A DNA stretch of 64,000 bases from Octopus sinensis (lineage: Eukaryota), in contig NC_042999.1 of NCBI RefSeq assembly GCF_006345805.1, positions 65,286,001 to 65,350,000 on the forward strand, written 5' to 3'. The position numbers were made by a program, and so were the translations under genes. Below the pieces are notes generated by a model. The model saw nothing but the letters and a program-made list of their open reading frames with translations. It was not told the DNA's origin and did no database searches. This document shows, in pieces, positions 1-13,135 of the stretch (position 1 is its first letter; the number at the start of each line of letters is the position of its first letter).

Positions 1-281
1 AATGAAGCTGATGAATAATTCAATAATTTTTAGTTCACCAGTCACATATATCCATGTGTTGTTGTGTCTGTTCTTTCAAGAGCCGTATCATTAAAGTTAT
101 TGTCGCTTTCTGAGGGATAGCACAATAATAAGTTTTATGAGATTCACTTACTGAATCAGCTAATTTCTATCAATCGCCTCGTGTCATTAATATATTTAAG
201 TGCTCTATTGATGAGCTTAAGGAGAGCCGTTATATGAGAAATTTATTGACCTCCTCCACCTCCTCTTCCTCCTTTTCCTCT

Positions 282-330
282 TACTACTACTACTACTACT
301 ACTACTACACTACTACTACTACTACTACTA
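282..330. repeat. (TAC)n microsatellite
   Basis: Direct reading of the tandem TAC run after a CCT-rich tract. Confidence 0.9.
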
Positions 331-664
331 GCAACACTAAGATAGCAAGACTTATATGAATAATAATCTTCTCCATCTGTTTCATTATTTGCTTTCTCAG
401 TTTTATGACAGCTGGTGATCATTCCCTTTCTCAATGAATTACAAATGCTGTTTACAAGTACATAAAGATACGGCATGATACAAATGCAAGCAGTGCAAAT
501 TATGGTGGCAGAAGCTTTTCAATTCTTTAGTTTATGTATATATCCTGTCTTCTGCCACATATTTAAACGATTCCATGAAATGCTCAAAGGTCGAGTCATA
601 AGAATTCAAAATTTCACCAAAACTTTTGACGCTACTTTTGTATTCATTTATATTTTAATTAACA

Positions 665-1038
665 CTAGCAGTATCGCCCGGCGTTGCTCGGGTTTGTAAG
701 GGAAATAACTATAAAGCATTTTTAGAGAGTTATAGCCAAAAAATGGAAAAAAAATGATGGTAAATGTTTTTTTTTAGTGAAAAAGGTCGAGTTGCGTCTC
801 CTAGACAGTCTGTGGTTTGTGTTTCTGATTCTCGACCCCATGTCGAATTTATCGATTTTTTTTCAGAACTGGGGGTACTTTTCAAAATTTTCGCTGCGTT
901 AGTTTTGAATTATGACATTGGGCTATGTGTGTGTCAAGTTTCATCAGAATCGGTTGAAAGCCGTGGTCAGGGTGAGGGTACAACCTAACAGACACACAGA
1001 AACACACACAGATAAACTGCCGTTTATATATAGAGAGA
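665..1038 (-). mobile_element. Non-autonomous Helitron-type element (~374 bp)
   Basis: On the minus strand it starts TC(TCTCTATATATAAACG) and ends CTAG, with hairpin CCCGAGCAACGCCGGG (677-692) just before CTAG; it sits between host A (1039) and T (664), with no TSD. Confidence 0.75.
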
Positions 1039-2187
1039 TGTATATTCTACATAATCTGCCAATGAGATATACGTATAAACATTAACTTCCCTTCTGTTTT
1101 ATTTCATCCCGTTTGTTGCTTTCATTGACAGCATCTCTGTTGCTTCTTTTGGTATCCTAAATATTGAAGATTTCCTTTTCATTTCTGGTTTATAATTTAA
1201 ACAGGAGTGAAGTGACAGATACTGTAATCTTCGTTGGATTTCTCAAGCCAATAAAATCGATGCACTTAATGCGTATAATAAACATCATATCTTTAATAAG
1301 GACTTGCAAAAAAGGCTTAGCTGGAGACCAAATTTATGCAATAGATATAACTTGATAAATAGCACCCTTAGATCAGATTGTGACGTTAAATAACCTTATA
1401 TCTTGTTTCTACGCTGGATCAGGAGTACTTCATATAGAGACTATATATATAAAATACATTTTAGATGAATATTAAAAAACTTATTCGTTTCGAAATTTTT
1501 GTACGAAATTGGTGACTATGTTGTTTCACAATGAGGAATATTGTCCGATAAAGAACATCTATTTAGTGTAACAGTAATCTCCGTTAACATAGCATGGATG
1601 TTGGTGTTTATGTGAGAGTAAATGAACGGGTGCTATACAGGCAATGCCAGTTGGGTGTATGAACATGTTATTCGCTGTTTCTGGTGAAAAACTGAACATT
1701 GTAGAAAAATGCTTCGAGGAATTTCATTTGCATCAAGTAATTACATAGATCAGGAATAAAACAAACGCCAGGGAGTATATTTAGCTCTCCTCTCATTTTC
1801 TAGTCCTGTTCTTATTATAGGAGAGAAATCATTAATAAATGTCTTTACCGTAAGATACTTCTAGAATGCCTACAGTGATTATATCTTGTGATAGTTGAAG
1901 GGTTGAGAATATCTCATGATGTTACAGTAGAAACTAAATTTGAAATCTTCAATTTTCATATATGCAAAAATGTACATTACGAATAGAATGAAATTTACAA
2001 TCGAGAAATTTCGTTGTGAGATTAAGAAATGTCTATGCCATGCGTTTATGGAAAATTATGAGACCAAAGAGATAGAAGAAAAGTTGTAAACATGTGTGGT
2101 GTTCCATGTGGGAATTGAAGGATTCTTTCAATATGGTGGAAGATTTTTATTTGGTTTAGAGCAGAACACATATTAATATTGCATATT

Positions 2188-2385
2188 CTTTTATTCTTTT
2201 ACATGTTTTAGTCATCTGACTGCGGCCATGCATGAGCACCATCGTGAAGAGTTTAAGTCAAGCAAATCAAACTCTGAACTTATTTCTTGAGGCTAGTACA
2301 TATTTTATCGGTCTCTTTTGTTTAACTGCTAGCTTACAGGAGACGTAAATACAGCAGCACCGGTTGTCAAGTGGTGATGGGGACA
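2188..2385 (-). mobile_element. 3' half of tRNA-derived SINE family B (CORE-like)
   Basis: Matches the tail ...GCTCCAGCATGGCCGCAGTCAAATGACTGAAAC seen at 42340-42535 and 58470-58640. Confidence 0.75.
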
Positions 2386-3134
2386 GAAAAAGATGCAATG
2401 TATAATTCCTTCCCAGTCCCACCATAGGCACAACATCGTTTTACGCGGATAAAGATCTTGTTTCACGCACGGTGTCGCTTGTTTACCGGGGCCAAGCCAT
2501 TTTTTACGCAGCTTCATATTGATGTACAGGCACCATTTTTTGAGGCCAGTAAAGATTCAGTAAATAAATCGTTGCTTGTGTCCATGAGTTGGGCGGTGAC
2601 GAGTAAGCAAACCAGCGGAGATTGTGGCTCGTTGATTTTTGTTGTTGTCAATTAAAGCATGCGGAACCCATGCTCCATATTTCTGAACCTTTCCCATCGG
2701 GTGAAGATGCTTCTCTATAGCCGTGTGGGAGCATTCCATTTTCTCTGCCAGTTCCCTTGTTGTTTAACGAGAATTTTCGTGCAAAAGTTGGTTTAATCGC
2801 TCTTTATCGAAATCAACTAGGTGAGTTTTGAGGTCAAAATTTCCATTTTTGAACTTGACATACCAATCGAGAGCGGTTCTTTCAGCTATGGCTCCCTCTC
2901 CATACACAGCTCAAATGTCGCGAGCAGCGTTTGTGGCCTTAGAACCTGGATTCAAATCAAAAAGAAAAAGGTGTCGAAAATGCTCGTTTTTCTTAACTTG
3001 ACATTCCATTTTAATGATCTGAAAATAGACAAAAATTAACTAAGATTAACTAGAAAAAAAATAGATTCCCAAATTTCAGAACGCAATAAGTTCCAAAATA
3101 TAAAAATATGGCGGGAACTTAGTTGCCAACCCAA
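2386..3134 (-). mobile_element. Mariner transposon 5' half (mellifera-subfamily-like), transposase pseudogene
   Basis: TIR TTGGGTTGGCAACTAAGTTCCCGCC next to TA at 3135-3136; ATG at 3009 gives MECQVKKNEHFRHL..., WVPHAL (2653-2670) and KTMLCLWWDWEGIIH; several in-frame stops; 3' truncated. Confidence 0.92.
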
Positions 3135-3607
3135 TATATATATATATATATCTCAGACCAGAACGAGAGGAAAATAGCGAACGCTGTGAGAATCATTTTA
3201 TGAAAACAGAAAAGATAGACGAGAGATCTTTTCAAAAAAAAAATTGTCACAGCATTCACTATTTTCCTCTGGTTCTGTTCTAACGACTCTCATTGTTTGT
3301 TTCCATTCGGTTTCCTTGTATGTATCCACTGTCATTTTTTTGTTCCCAACTTTAACCCTCCATGGGAGCAACTGTCTTTGAAGACTCATATTGTCGTTGC
3401 TTGCTCGAACTGAGTAGATAGACAACCAACAATTGATGAAGGGTCGTTCTTTATGTTACTTGTCCTGTTTACCATTTTTCTCGTTGTTTACATATTTCGC
3501 GTTTATTTGCTCCGTTGGTGATGTCCTGTACACATGTATACATGTATATATGCATACACACAAACACATACATATATATATATATATATATATGTATGAA
3601 TGTATGT

Positions 3608-3666
<59 letters not shown>

Positions 3667-3783
3667 TGTATATTATTTGCTATTTATTATTTAATTGAAC
3701 ACCACGCATCTATTTCCGAGTAAGTATATATATATACCACACACATACATATATATTCACATACACACACTCGCACACACACT

Positions 3784-3823
<40 letters not shown>

Positions 3824-3919
3824 TGTATATATATATATATATATGTGTTAGTAATACCAGCGATTATAATTATTTTTATTTTATCGCAATTTGATTTGTT
3901 TATATATATATATTATATA

Positions 3920-3970
<51 letters not shown>

Positions 3971-4055
3971 TTAGAGACAAAACCACTATTTTGCAAAACA
4001 AACAAGGAAAGACTTAATCAATACATAAAATTTTGATAAATAGTCAAAAAAACCG

Positions 4056-4098
4056 CCACTACAATTGTTTCTTGTCTTGATCGACAATCTTCAGGTGG
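4056..4098 (-). ncRNA. Minimal type I hammerhead ribozyme (Penelope-type)
   Basis: Minus strand reads CCAC-CUGAAGA-UUGUC(GAUCAA)GACAA-GAAA-C(AAUU)G-UA-GUGG: intact core, 5-bp stem II, palindromic stem III, 4-bp stem I. Confidence 0.75.
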
Positions 4099-4360
4099 AC
4101 TTCCAATCTAAAATATCAATATTTTAAAATATAAAAATAATAATTTTAAAATAATTAAAGTATTAATGAAAAAATATAAATATATAATCTATATATAACC
4201 TATATATAATCCATATATAATCAATATATAAACAATATAAAAACTAAAATAAACCTTTCAACAATTAAATATAAAATATAAAATATAAAACAAAACAAAA
4301 AAATAAACTATATATACACCCATACACATATAACTATTTATATATAACCATATCTAAATA

Positions 4361-5447
4361 TAACCAGTAAACAGTAATTTTCAAAGTAATCTCCTTTTAA
4401 TAAGTGAAGATTGTGTCTTCGGCCTACGCAAGCTGAGGAGTTCCACAAACAAAGCTATTTCTCAATAATTCTACTTCAGATTTCATCTTGATAGACGATG
4501 CTGTCTCTTTCCTGGGGATTGAGTAAACGACATTGATCTACTCGGAATATTATAAGTGCTTGGATTGGATTTAGCAAAACTTATTAATAGCAATTTTCTT
4601 GTAGTAAGCTTTCAATAAGTCGACCTTATGTTACAGAATACACTCTTAGTTTATATACTACTTCCTTTATTCTCTTACGTCCGATTTCTGTCATGCTAAG
4701 ATATATACTGGACTAGTATAACGTACAAGAAAGACAACTGCCGGTTATAGTTTATGTGACACGTTTATATCAGAACTACAAGATGGGTTTGCGGCAAATA
4801 TTTCGCTGTTTCAAAAGACAGTTGCTGAGAGTTTACGCATAGTTAATATTGTATAACCTCAAGGATCACTCTATTTAAGGAGGAATATGTTAAAATCATT
4901 GCAGACGACACCACGCTATCTTCTTTAAAGAAATATCTTATCAGAGATTGTGAAAGCACGAGACCTAGTGGTTTGCGTGCTACATTTGTGATCACAAGAT
5001 CAGGATTTGGATTCCCATAAACATACAAAACACTTCGGTTCACACTGGTTCACTTCACCGACATTTAAATGAGTAACTAACCAATAACGGGTTGGCTTTC
5101 AGTTCAGGGGGATGTTTTCATGCCGATCACTTATACGCCATGGTAACCACGGAGCCTAACATTCCTACCTAGATAGAACTCAAAACAATATTTTTTCCTA
5201 TGAGCGGATGTTCGTCTACGGTAAACAATGTGCCATCATTTTTTAATACTATAGGATATTAATCAGAAGGCAATTTGGTTGTTATTTCTAGCAGACTGAC
5301 TGACCACAGATAAGCCACATCGTTGATTTGATACGTTGTCATAATTGTTAAAGTAGTATCAATTTTCATGGGAATAGACGCATTTCTTCTAGCAGTAAAA
5401 AAAGTAACCAGTAAACAGTAATTTTCAAAGTAATCTCCTTTTAATAA
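4361..5447. repeat. Perfect 43-bp direct repeat pair (4361-4403 and 5405-5447)
   Basis: TAACCAGTAAACAGTAATTTTCAAAGTAATCTCCTTTTAATAA occurs twice, 1044 bp apart, with different flanks. Confidence 0.9.
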
Positions 5448-6312
5448 TGGCTTTAAACAAAATAATCTTTCATTATTGTATGTTAGTTAGCTTCACATTA
5501 ATTTTCCATAACTCTGAAGCTCCCTATCGATTACTTTGTGTCATGTAGTAATCTTGTTCATAGCAAATATCGCAAATAAACTTTTATATAACTAACCCTG
5601 ATTTCAACGAAGAACTTCTAATTGTGGCTAAGGTTTTGTATCGTATTACGTTTCTGCTTGCAATAATGCGAAGCTAGTTCAAATGGGTGATTTGAAGCCT
5701 GATCAGTAATTCAGATAAGACACAGAAATTTCACTAAATATACACTAGAGTAAGGTATGATTTTACGTTAGCATTTGAGTAATCAATAAACCTCCTGAGG
5801 GCCGCAGTTTAGCTAATGCATCGGCATTTTCATCAGCTTCGTAAAGTATAGTTGATCATAACTCTGATTACGGTTACTGAACTCTGTTGCTATGAAGATA
5901 AGTGGAAACTTTATTATAAATAGATTTTGCGATTAATCTATGACTGACGTATGATGTAATAGTTTGTAGTAGTTTCAGAAATCATTGTCATGTTTAAATC
6001 TGTTAATTGCTGACAGTGGCAGCAAATCTCGTATGAGATGTGTGAATTTAGAGCCATTTATGCGTTCAATGTTGTGTTGAAATGTAAAACATCGAAATTT
6101 CACGCACTGAAGAAAGCAATTTTCACAAACGATCCTTCGCATTGACTAAACTCATATCTCAAAATGACACACGAAACTATCTTATTTAATAAATTTTAAT
6201 CACAATTTTCTGTCAAGGCTATCCATAACTTATTTCCCTGCTATCCAACTTCAATTTCTTATGAAGAAAGAAAACTTTCTATAGGCATGTCATGTAAAGA
6301 AGAATCTCGATT

Positions 6313-6740
6313 AAGGCAACGAGCTGGAAGAAACGTTACCACATCAAGTAAAAACACTTAGCGCATTTCGTCCCTCTTTACGTTCTGAGTATAAAATCCG
6401 CCGAGGGCGACTTTGCCTTTCATTCATTCGGGGTCGATGAATTAACTACCATGGATCTAATCAACTAGTCTCTTCTCAACAAATGCCATGCCTTGTTCCT
6501 TTAGCAGAAAGAATTATTATAAGCTCCATAAAGGTTGCGTGCTGGCAGAATCGTTAGCACACCGGACAAAAATAGTTAGTGGCATTTCGTTCATCTTTAC
6601 GTTCTGAGTTCAAATTTCGCTGAGATTGAATTCAACTTTTATCCTTTTAGTGTCAATGAAATAAGTATCAGTTGCGCACTGGGATTGATGTAATCGACCA
6701 GTGCGTTCCACGAAAATTTCAGGCCTTGTCCCAATAATAG
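6313..6740 (+). mobile_element. Two degenerate copies of SINE family A (6313-6450, 6535-6740)
   Basis: GAGCTGGCAGAA A-box head, GAGTTCAAAT B-box and GACTTTGCCTTTCATCC...GGGGTCGAT body, as in the 14535 and 53444 copies. Confidence 0.75.
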
Positions 6741-6844
6741 AAAGGAATATCAAAACCTCCATAGTACTAGATATTAATTTTTCTTTCCATTATTTTCGTT
6801 TGGTCTTTTAATGTACATCACAGCTTCTTGAAACGTTTCCAATG

Positions 6845-7220
6845 GCATATAAGTTATGGACACCATAGTTCCAATACATGGCACCTTTGGCAAACGTCTT
6901 CTGCTATAGCGTTGGGCCGACCAAAGTCTTGTGAGTGGATTTGGTAGACGGAAACTGGAAGAAGTGTGTCGTAAAAATATATGTATTTATGTATGTCTGT
7001 GTGGATATGTGTGTTTGTACGCATATGTGTATCAGTCTGTGTATGTCTGCTTGTCTTTGTGTTTTTGTCGCTCGACAACGCTTTACTCCTGGGGCTGGCG
7101 CTTTTAGGTCTCTGAAACCTAGCGTTTCGGTAAGTGTCACTAATAGAATTAGTACCACGCTTAAAATAAAATAAGCACTAGCGTTGATAGATTCGACTAC
7201 AACACTTCAGGGATGGGTGT
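6845..7220 (+). mobile_element. Degenerate SINE family B copy
   Basis: GGCCGACCAAAG..TTGTGAGTGGATTTGGTAGACGGAAACT segment followed by a GT-rich spacer and decayed tail. Confidence 0.65.
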
Positions 7221-7319
7221 AGTCTAATGACCAGAACAAAAAGAATATATATAATATAAAGGAATTTTCCCTTTTATAACAAAAACAAAAACAAAAAAAA
7301 AACAGAAAACCAAAAATGG

Positions 7320-7636
7320 CACTACGTCGGTTATGATAATGTGGGTTCCAGATGATCACAGAGGCGGAATAAACTACTCACGAAATTAGGCTGCAAGGAA
7401 CTGAGCACTTCATACACATGCGTACCCTTAACGTACTTCTGAGGAACTTTTGGCGTGATACAGATTGTGGTGAGGTTGTCCTTCTGAAGTAACAGTACTA
7501 CACATTTTTGGTAGCTAGGTGGACTAGAGAAACCTAAAATGTATAGTCTTGCTCAAGGACGCAACGTGCCGCGAAAAATCGAACTCACGACCTTACGATT
7601 GTGATCCGAAACCCCTATAACCATTATGCCACGTGC
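7320..7636 (-). mobile_element. tRNA-derived SINE (family D), degenerate
   Basis: Minus-strand head GCACGTGGCATAATGGTT...GTGAGTTCGAT (A and B boxes) followed by GCGTCCTTGAGCAAGAC. Confidence 0.6.
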
Positions 7637-7762
7637 AAAACAAGGTGGAGAAAATACTACTCGAATACCGAGGTGGTATACGTCCGTTCACAATTTTAAT
7701 TCATTTTCATGAAAACTGTCAGACGAACGGGAAGGTGAAACTCTGAGTAACAGCTTTATATA

Positions 7763-7827
<65 letters not shown>

Positions 7828-7853
7828 GTGTGTGTGTGTATGTATATATGTGC

Positions 7854-7885
<32 letters not shown>

Positions 7886-7916
7886 TTTTGTATATATGTA
7901 TATATATATATATATA

Positions 7917-8172
7917 CTTGAAAAAGTCATTAAACAGAACAAAATGTACACGTAGTACAGAAACAGGGACCCTAATCCTTCCTCAGTTACTGACCAAAGA
8001 TGCTAATATCCATAAAACTGGGAATCTAGTATATGGGTGGCACACGCAAGATTTGCATAGAATTACGGATCAAACCAATAATATTAGTATCTTTGATCGA
8101 TAACTGAGGAAGAATTAAGACCTTTGTTTCTGTCATACCTGTACGCCTTGTAGTATTCAATGCATTTTCATT
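7917..8172. repeat. Imperfect inverted repeat, MITE-like, between (TA)n arrays
   Basis: Core arms 7946-8009 and 8081-8144 are reverse-complementary at roughly 75-80% by eye. Confidence 0.6.
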
Positions 8173-8203
8173 CATGGAATAACTGAACACCACGCAGTAA
8201 CTT

Positions 8204-8265
<62 letters not shown>

Positions 8266-8303
8266 TACATATGCATGCGCTTTGGTATATACATATATAT
8301 ATT

Positions 8304-8359
<56 letters not shown>

Positions 8360-8514
8360 GTTTTGTCTGGGGAGAGTCATTTTCTTTTTGTGTCTTATTA
8401 TTTAACACACTCACCGGTAAGATTTCCACTTTTTTCTTATTCTTATTGTTCTAAGATTTTCGTTGCGTCTTGCAACCTTTTCAATAGTTTTGACTATATA
8501 TATATAGCCTATAT

Positions 8515-8727
8515 ATGGCCTAGCGGTTAGAGCAGCGGACTTGCGGTCGGAGGATCGCGGTTTCGATTCCCAGACCGGGCGTTGTGTGTGTTTATTGAGC
8601 GAAAAACACCTAAAAGCTCCACGATGCTCCGGCAGGAGGTGGTGATCCCTGCTGTACACTTTCACCACTCTAAAAGGCGGTGCTCCAGCATGGCCGCAGT
8701 CAAAATGACTGAAACAAGTACAAAAAA

Positions 8728-8728
<1 letters not shown>
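8515..8728 (+). mobile_element. SINE family C head joined to the family B 3' tail
   Basis: TGGCCTAGCGG A-box and GGTTTCGATTCC B-box; from 8672 it reads AAAAGGCGGTGCTCCAGCATGGCCGCAGTCAAAATGACTGAAACAAGTA. Confidence 0.8.
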
Positions 8729-8776
<48 letters not shown>

Positions 8777-10307
8777 ATGCAACAGAGTCAGTCGAGCGAC
8801 CATGGTAAGAAGCAGTCGTTTAATCTGTAGTATGAAAGAGGTGGTTGTTTACTACAATTGTTTCAAACGTACATCATGCATGTTACATTTCATTCCGCAT
8901 GTCTTGTAATAGCTTGGAGTGTTTCTTGGTCAGATACACTTGACCTTTTGTTGTTGAAAATAATATCTCATATAATATTGTTTTTCACATTCATAAAAAA
9001 AGATTGAGGTTATTAGTTTACCAATCATCTCGTTTCCATTTCTGGACTTATTGGGGCTGTGAGTTGTTCTCTATAAGACCCCTGGATGGAAGAGAGTGAG
9101 GAAGAAACAGAGACAGTGGGAGAGGGTGAGGGAGAGAAATGGAGAGAGAAGAATCAAACATCGTATTTGTGTTGTATATATTTTTCCTCTAAAATTTGTA
9201 AGACAGTTGAGTTAATTGTCGTAGGATTTGAACTCTGAGTAGAGAGAGTTAGAACAGATTCTACAAAGATCTTTAACCATCGGTCTTAAGATTATGACGA
9301 CTACCCAATTTGAAGAAAACGGGAATTAAGTGATAGGTATAGTATTTGATTGTGCCACTGCAGGTAATTCATAGTGTATTCATATATACACGGTAAGATT
9401 TGATATCAAAAGGAGAACGTTTAAAGGTATTTTCAACAAATGAGTATTTGCAATCTAATTAAATGTCTAGTTGGTGCCTTTTGCACCGAGTCAGCTTCCA
9501 CAGAGCAGATTTATTACCAAATACGCTGATATCTCGATCATCGCGCTCTTTTTTTTCTTTCTTTTTGTTCTCGAGTGAATGGCAGCGAACCGACAAAACT
9601 TTTAGTGCATCGGACAAAAAGTTTAACATTATTGTTGGCAATTTGCGTTCTGAGATCAAGTTTCCCCAGGGTCGAACATAATTTTGGGGACGATAAAATA
9701 TGTACCAGTTCACATTGGAGTCTATGAAATCGATTTATCCTCGGGGGGGGGGAGGATCCAATGGGACGACCTAGATGTGATGACATTATCCCTTACCTAA
9801 AATTGTTGGTTTCGTGACAATATCCGAAACCGTTTTTCTCCAATAACTACAACTACAAACCTGTTGTTCCTCTTACTTTAATGGCGCAGGTTTAGTTGTG
9901 ATTTGTGGGGTACTTAGCTGCTGGTTCTCGGGGATAAAGCGAACAGCAAATGGACTTATTGCAGTGGTCGATTAAATGCATATCATGGCGAGATTTATTC
10001 ATCTATAAATCATTGACATGTTAACATGTCACAGGAAAACGTTAGATACATCAATGCAGATACCATATCCAAATAAGGGTGGACATCACGATATTATGAT
10101 TGGCTGATCTTCGACACTATTTTCAACCTTGCACCCAACATCTATCTTTATATCTCTATCCTTTTCTTTCTCCCGTCTTTTCCTGCAGAAATCGTTTACA
10201 GCAAGATTAAATAACTTCATATATTACGATATTACTAAGTGAATTACCATATTACCAATGTATGCATGTGTGTATGTATGTTAAGTGCGCAAGTATGACT
10301 GTATATT

Positions 10308-10374
<67 letters not shown>

Positions 10375-10670
10375 GCTCATATTTGTATTTATGTTGTATA
10401 TCAATATTCATACAATTCTTTATGTATGTATGTGTATATATAAACATACATCATACGTATATATATATAAGCAAAAGACGTTCCAGCATTTACGCTTATA
10501 TATATATTATATATATATTATATATATAATATATATATATATACATACTATATACAAATATATGTATACATACACGCAGATACATATATACTTATATGTT
10601 CATATATATACATATATATTTATGTATATGCCTATATATATATACACACACACATTTATATGTACATACA

Positions 10671-10723
<53 letters not shown>

Positions 10724-11801
10724 TTAAATAAATCCACACAAATATGTAAAGCAAACCTACACTCCATTCATCTGATATGGAGCTACATTAATATGGTAAT
10801 ATACGCACATTTGGGATGCGTCCTAGCTATAAAATACTTTTAAATATCATTGACAAAGAGAAGCAATGAAAATGGGGTGGGATCATAGAATGTGTCAATT
10901 CTATATTGGATTGAACATCTGCTCTGTTTCGATTTTGCAGCAAATCTGTAGAGCTGATACAGTAATTCGTTATCGGCTAACATCAAAAAAGATTATAAAC
11001 GAGAAAGCGTAGGAAGCTGATTTCCAGGCTAAAGCAAATCAAACTACTAGCGTTCTATTCTTCCTGTTATGGTTTCTTTTTCTCATCCATATCCTATTCC
11101 TTTTACTTCTTTTCTTTTATGTATTCCTTTTATTCCCCATTTCTTCTTTACATTCCATCAACATTTTCCGTTTCTTTCCTTTTTCCTTTTTTTTCTTTCC
11201 TTCATTCTTTCTCTCTTTGCCTATTTGTTTCTTAAGCTTTCTCGTTTCTAATCTCCATGTATATTTTATCACGTTCGTTCTTCGTTGATATTTTTGCCGC
11301 CATTCGTCTTCAATATTGGATTTCCCTTTACCTCTGCCATGCAAGTTTTATCTTCCTGTTACAGGTAAACTATCAATCTCACTTACTCACTCTCTCTTTT
11401 CAGCCATTCTTTCCATCCTTCGTGTCTTTTAATCTCCAAATCTCCACTTCATTTACTTAACCTCCCCTCCTATTCACGCTGAAGATACAGAGATATACAT
11501 AAATACATTGACATACATAAATACAGAGACACACATAAAGGCATACGCGCGCACGCCCCCCACATACACCCACAACGCTATATGCACGTGCCTGCACCCA
11601 CAAAAATACACATGCATATTTGCATATGCATATAGGACTGCAGGTGTCTTTACAATGCTTAACACGCTAAATATTTATATTTGCAATTAATAACTTAGTT
11701 ACAATATACATACTTAACATACATATATATGTATGTATATATGCATACATATATGCATATGTATATATATATATATACATATACATACATATATGTATAT
11801 A

Positions 11802-11855
<54 letters not shown>

Positions 11856-12395
11856 ATATAATATATACACTTCAATACATACATTGGATCACAAGTTGTG
11901 GGTGTGCACATGCATACATATAAACATACCCTTGGTTTAAGGCTCAGTAGCAGTAATTTCTACTAGAGCCCTGAGCCGACTTATGTATTGAGAGTTGATA
12001 TCGCCCCCGGAAGCCGTACGGGATGCCGTTGCACATCTTTGTTTTTGTGTGGATGTATGTGTGTTTGTGTGCCTTTGTATGTGTCCACAGCCGGTTGTGG
12101 TTTGATTAACTGTAGGTAGCGATTCGGTATACGTGAGCCTAGTAAGTAGCAGGTAGTTTGAGGAAGCCCTTCAAAAATATGCCCCTGTATGGCTCGTCTA
12201 TGTACAACTCATACCTTTCATACATACACGGATATGCTGGATGCTCGTAGCGGTGAACAACTTTTTACTTTCGTATGTACTGCTGAATTGAGAAAAGAAA
12301 TGAAATGGAATTTTTCGGAATGATTTGCTTTGCCAAAGAGGACCAGAGTCGTTTCTTAGTTAACTTTTAATGTTCTACTTGGTCCCCTTGGTATG

Positions 12396-12449
<54 letters not shown>

Positions 12450-12965
12450 GAGATATGTGGGTATTTACTTTTCACGCGAAAACTAGTTCACTAATTGCTT
12501 TCATACTTGTAATGCATGAATAATTTGACCTCGGACAAATAATAGTTAAGCCGACAAATTTGACACTCTTCTTGTGGGCATGGTCATATATGTATAGAGA
12601 AATACACGAGTAAAGAAGACAGTAGACAATGAAAATAACTTGGAAACGGAAAATAGGATTCTTAATATGCAGGGAAGGAAGTAAATAAGAAATTTTAGCT
12701 GAAAATAAAGCATTGAACGGGTTCAAACGAATTTCGTCACTCAGTAAACAAAAGAGCCAGTGAACAACAGAAAAACACAAAACCGTACAGATTGAAATGA
12801 AATTTATGAAAATGCTTCTATCAGTAAATTATGAAATTACTTACATCAGTAATTGTGAACTTCTTTCTGTCAGTAATTTGTCGTTGTTTGTAAATAGCGA
12901 TTGAAAACTTAGACATACAGTGTGAAATAAGTTAAACAAACGTGTATTTATGTTATATAAATATA

Positions 12966-13135
12966 GGCGCAGCGTGGCTGTGAGGTAAGAAGCTTGCTTC
13001 CCAACCACATAGTTCCAGGTTCAGTCCCACTGACACCTTGAGTGAGTGTCTTCTACTGTAACCTCGGGCCGACCAAAAGCCTTGTGAGTGGATTTGGTAG
13101 ACGGAAACTAAAAGAAGCCCACCGTATGTATATAT
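12966..13135 (+). mobile_element. SINE family B 5' half (tRNA head plus CORE-like domain)
   Basis: GGCGCAGCGTGGCTGTGAGGTAAG...GGTTCAGTCCC...ACCTTGAGTGAGTGTCTTCTACT; the domain resembles the MIR/CORE motif GACCTTGGGCAAG. Confidence 0.8.

Noticed and set aside
8851-8880. ACTACAATTGTTTC, identical to the stem III/cleavage half of the 4.06-kb hammerhead
   Set aside because: No CUGANGA box or pairing stem I upstream on the minus strand; at most a relic.
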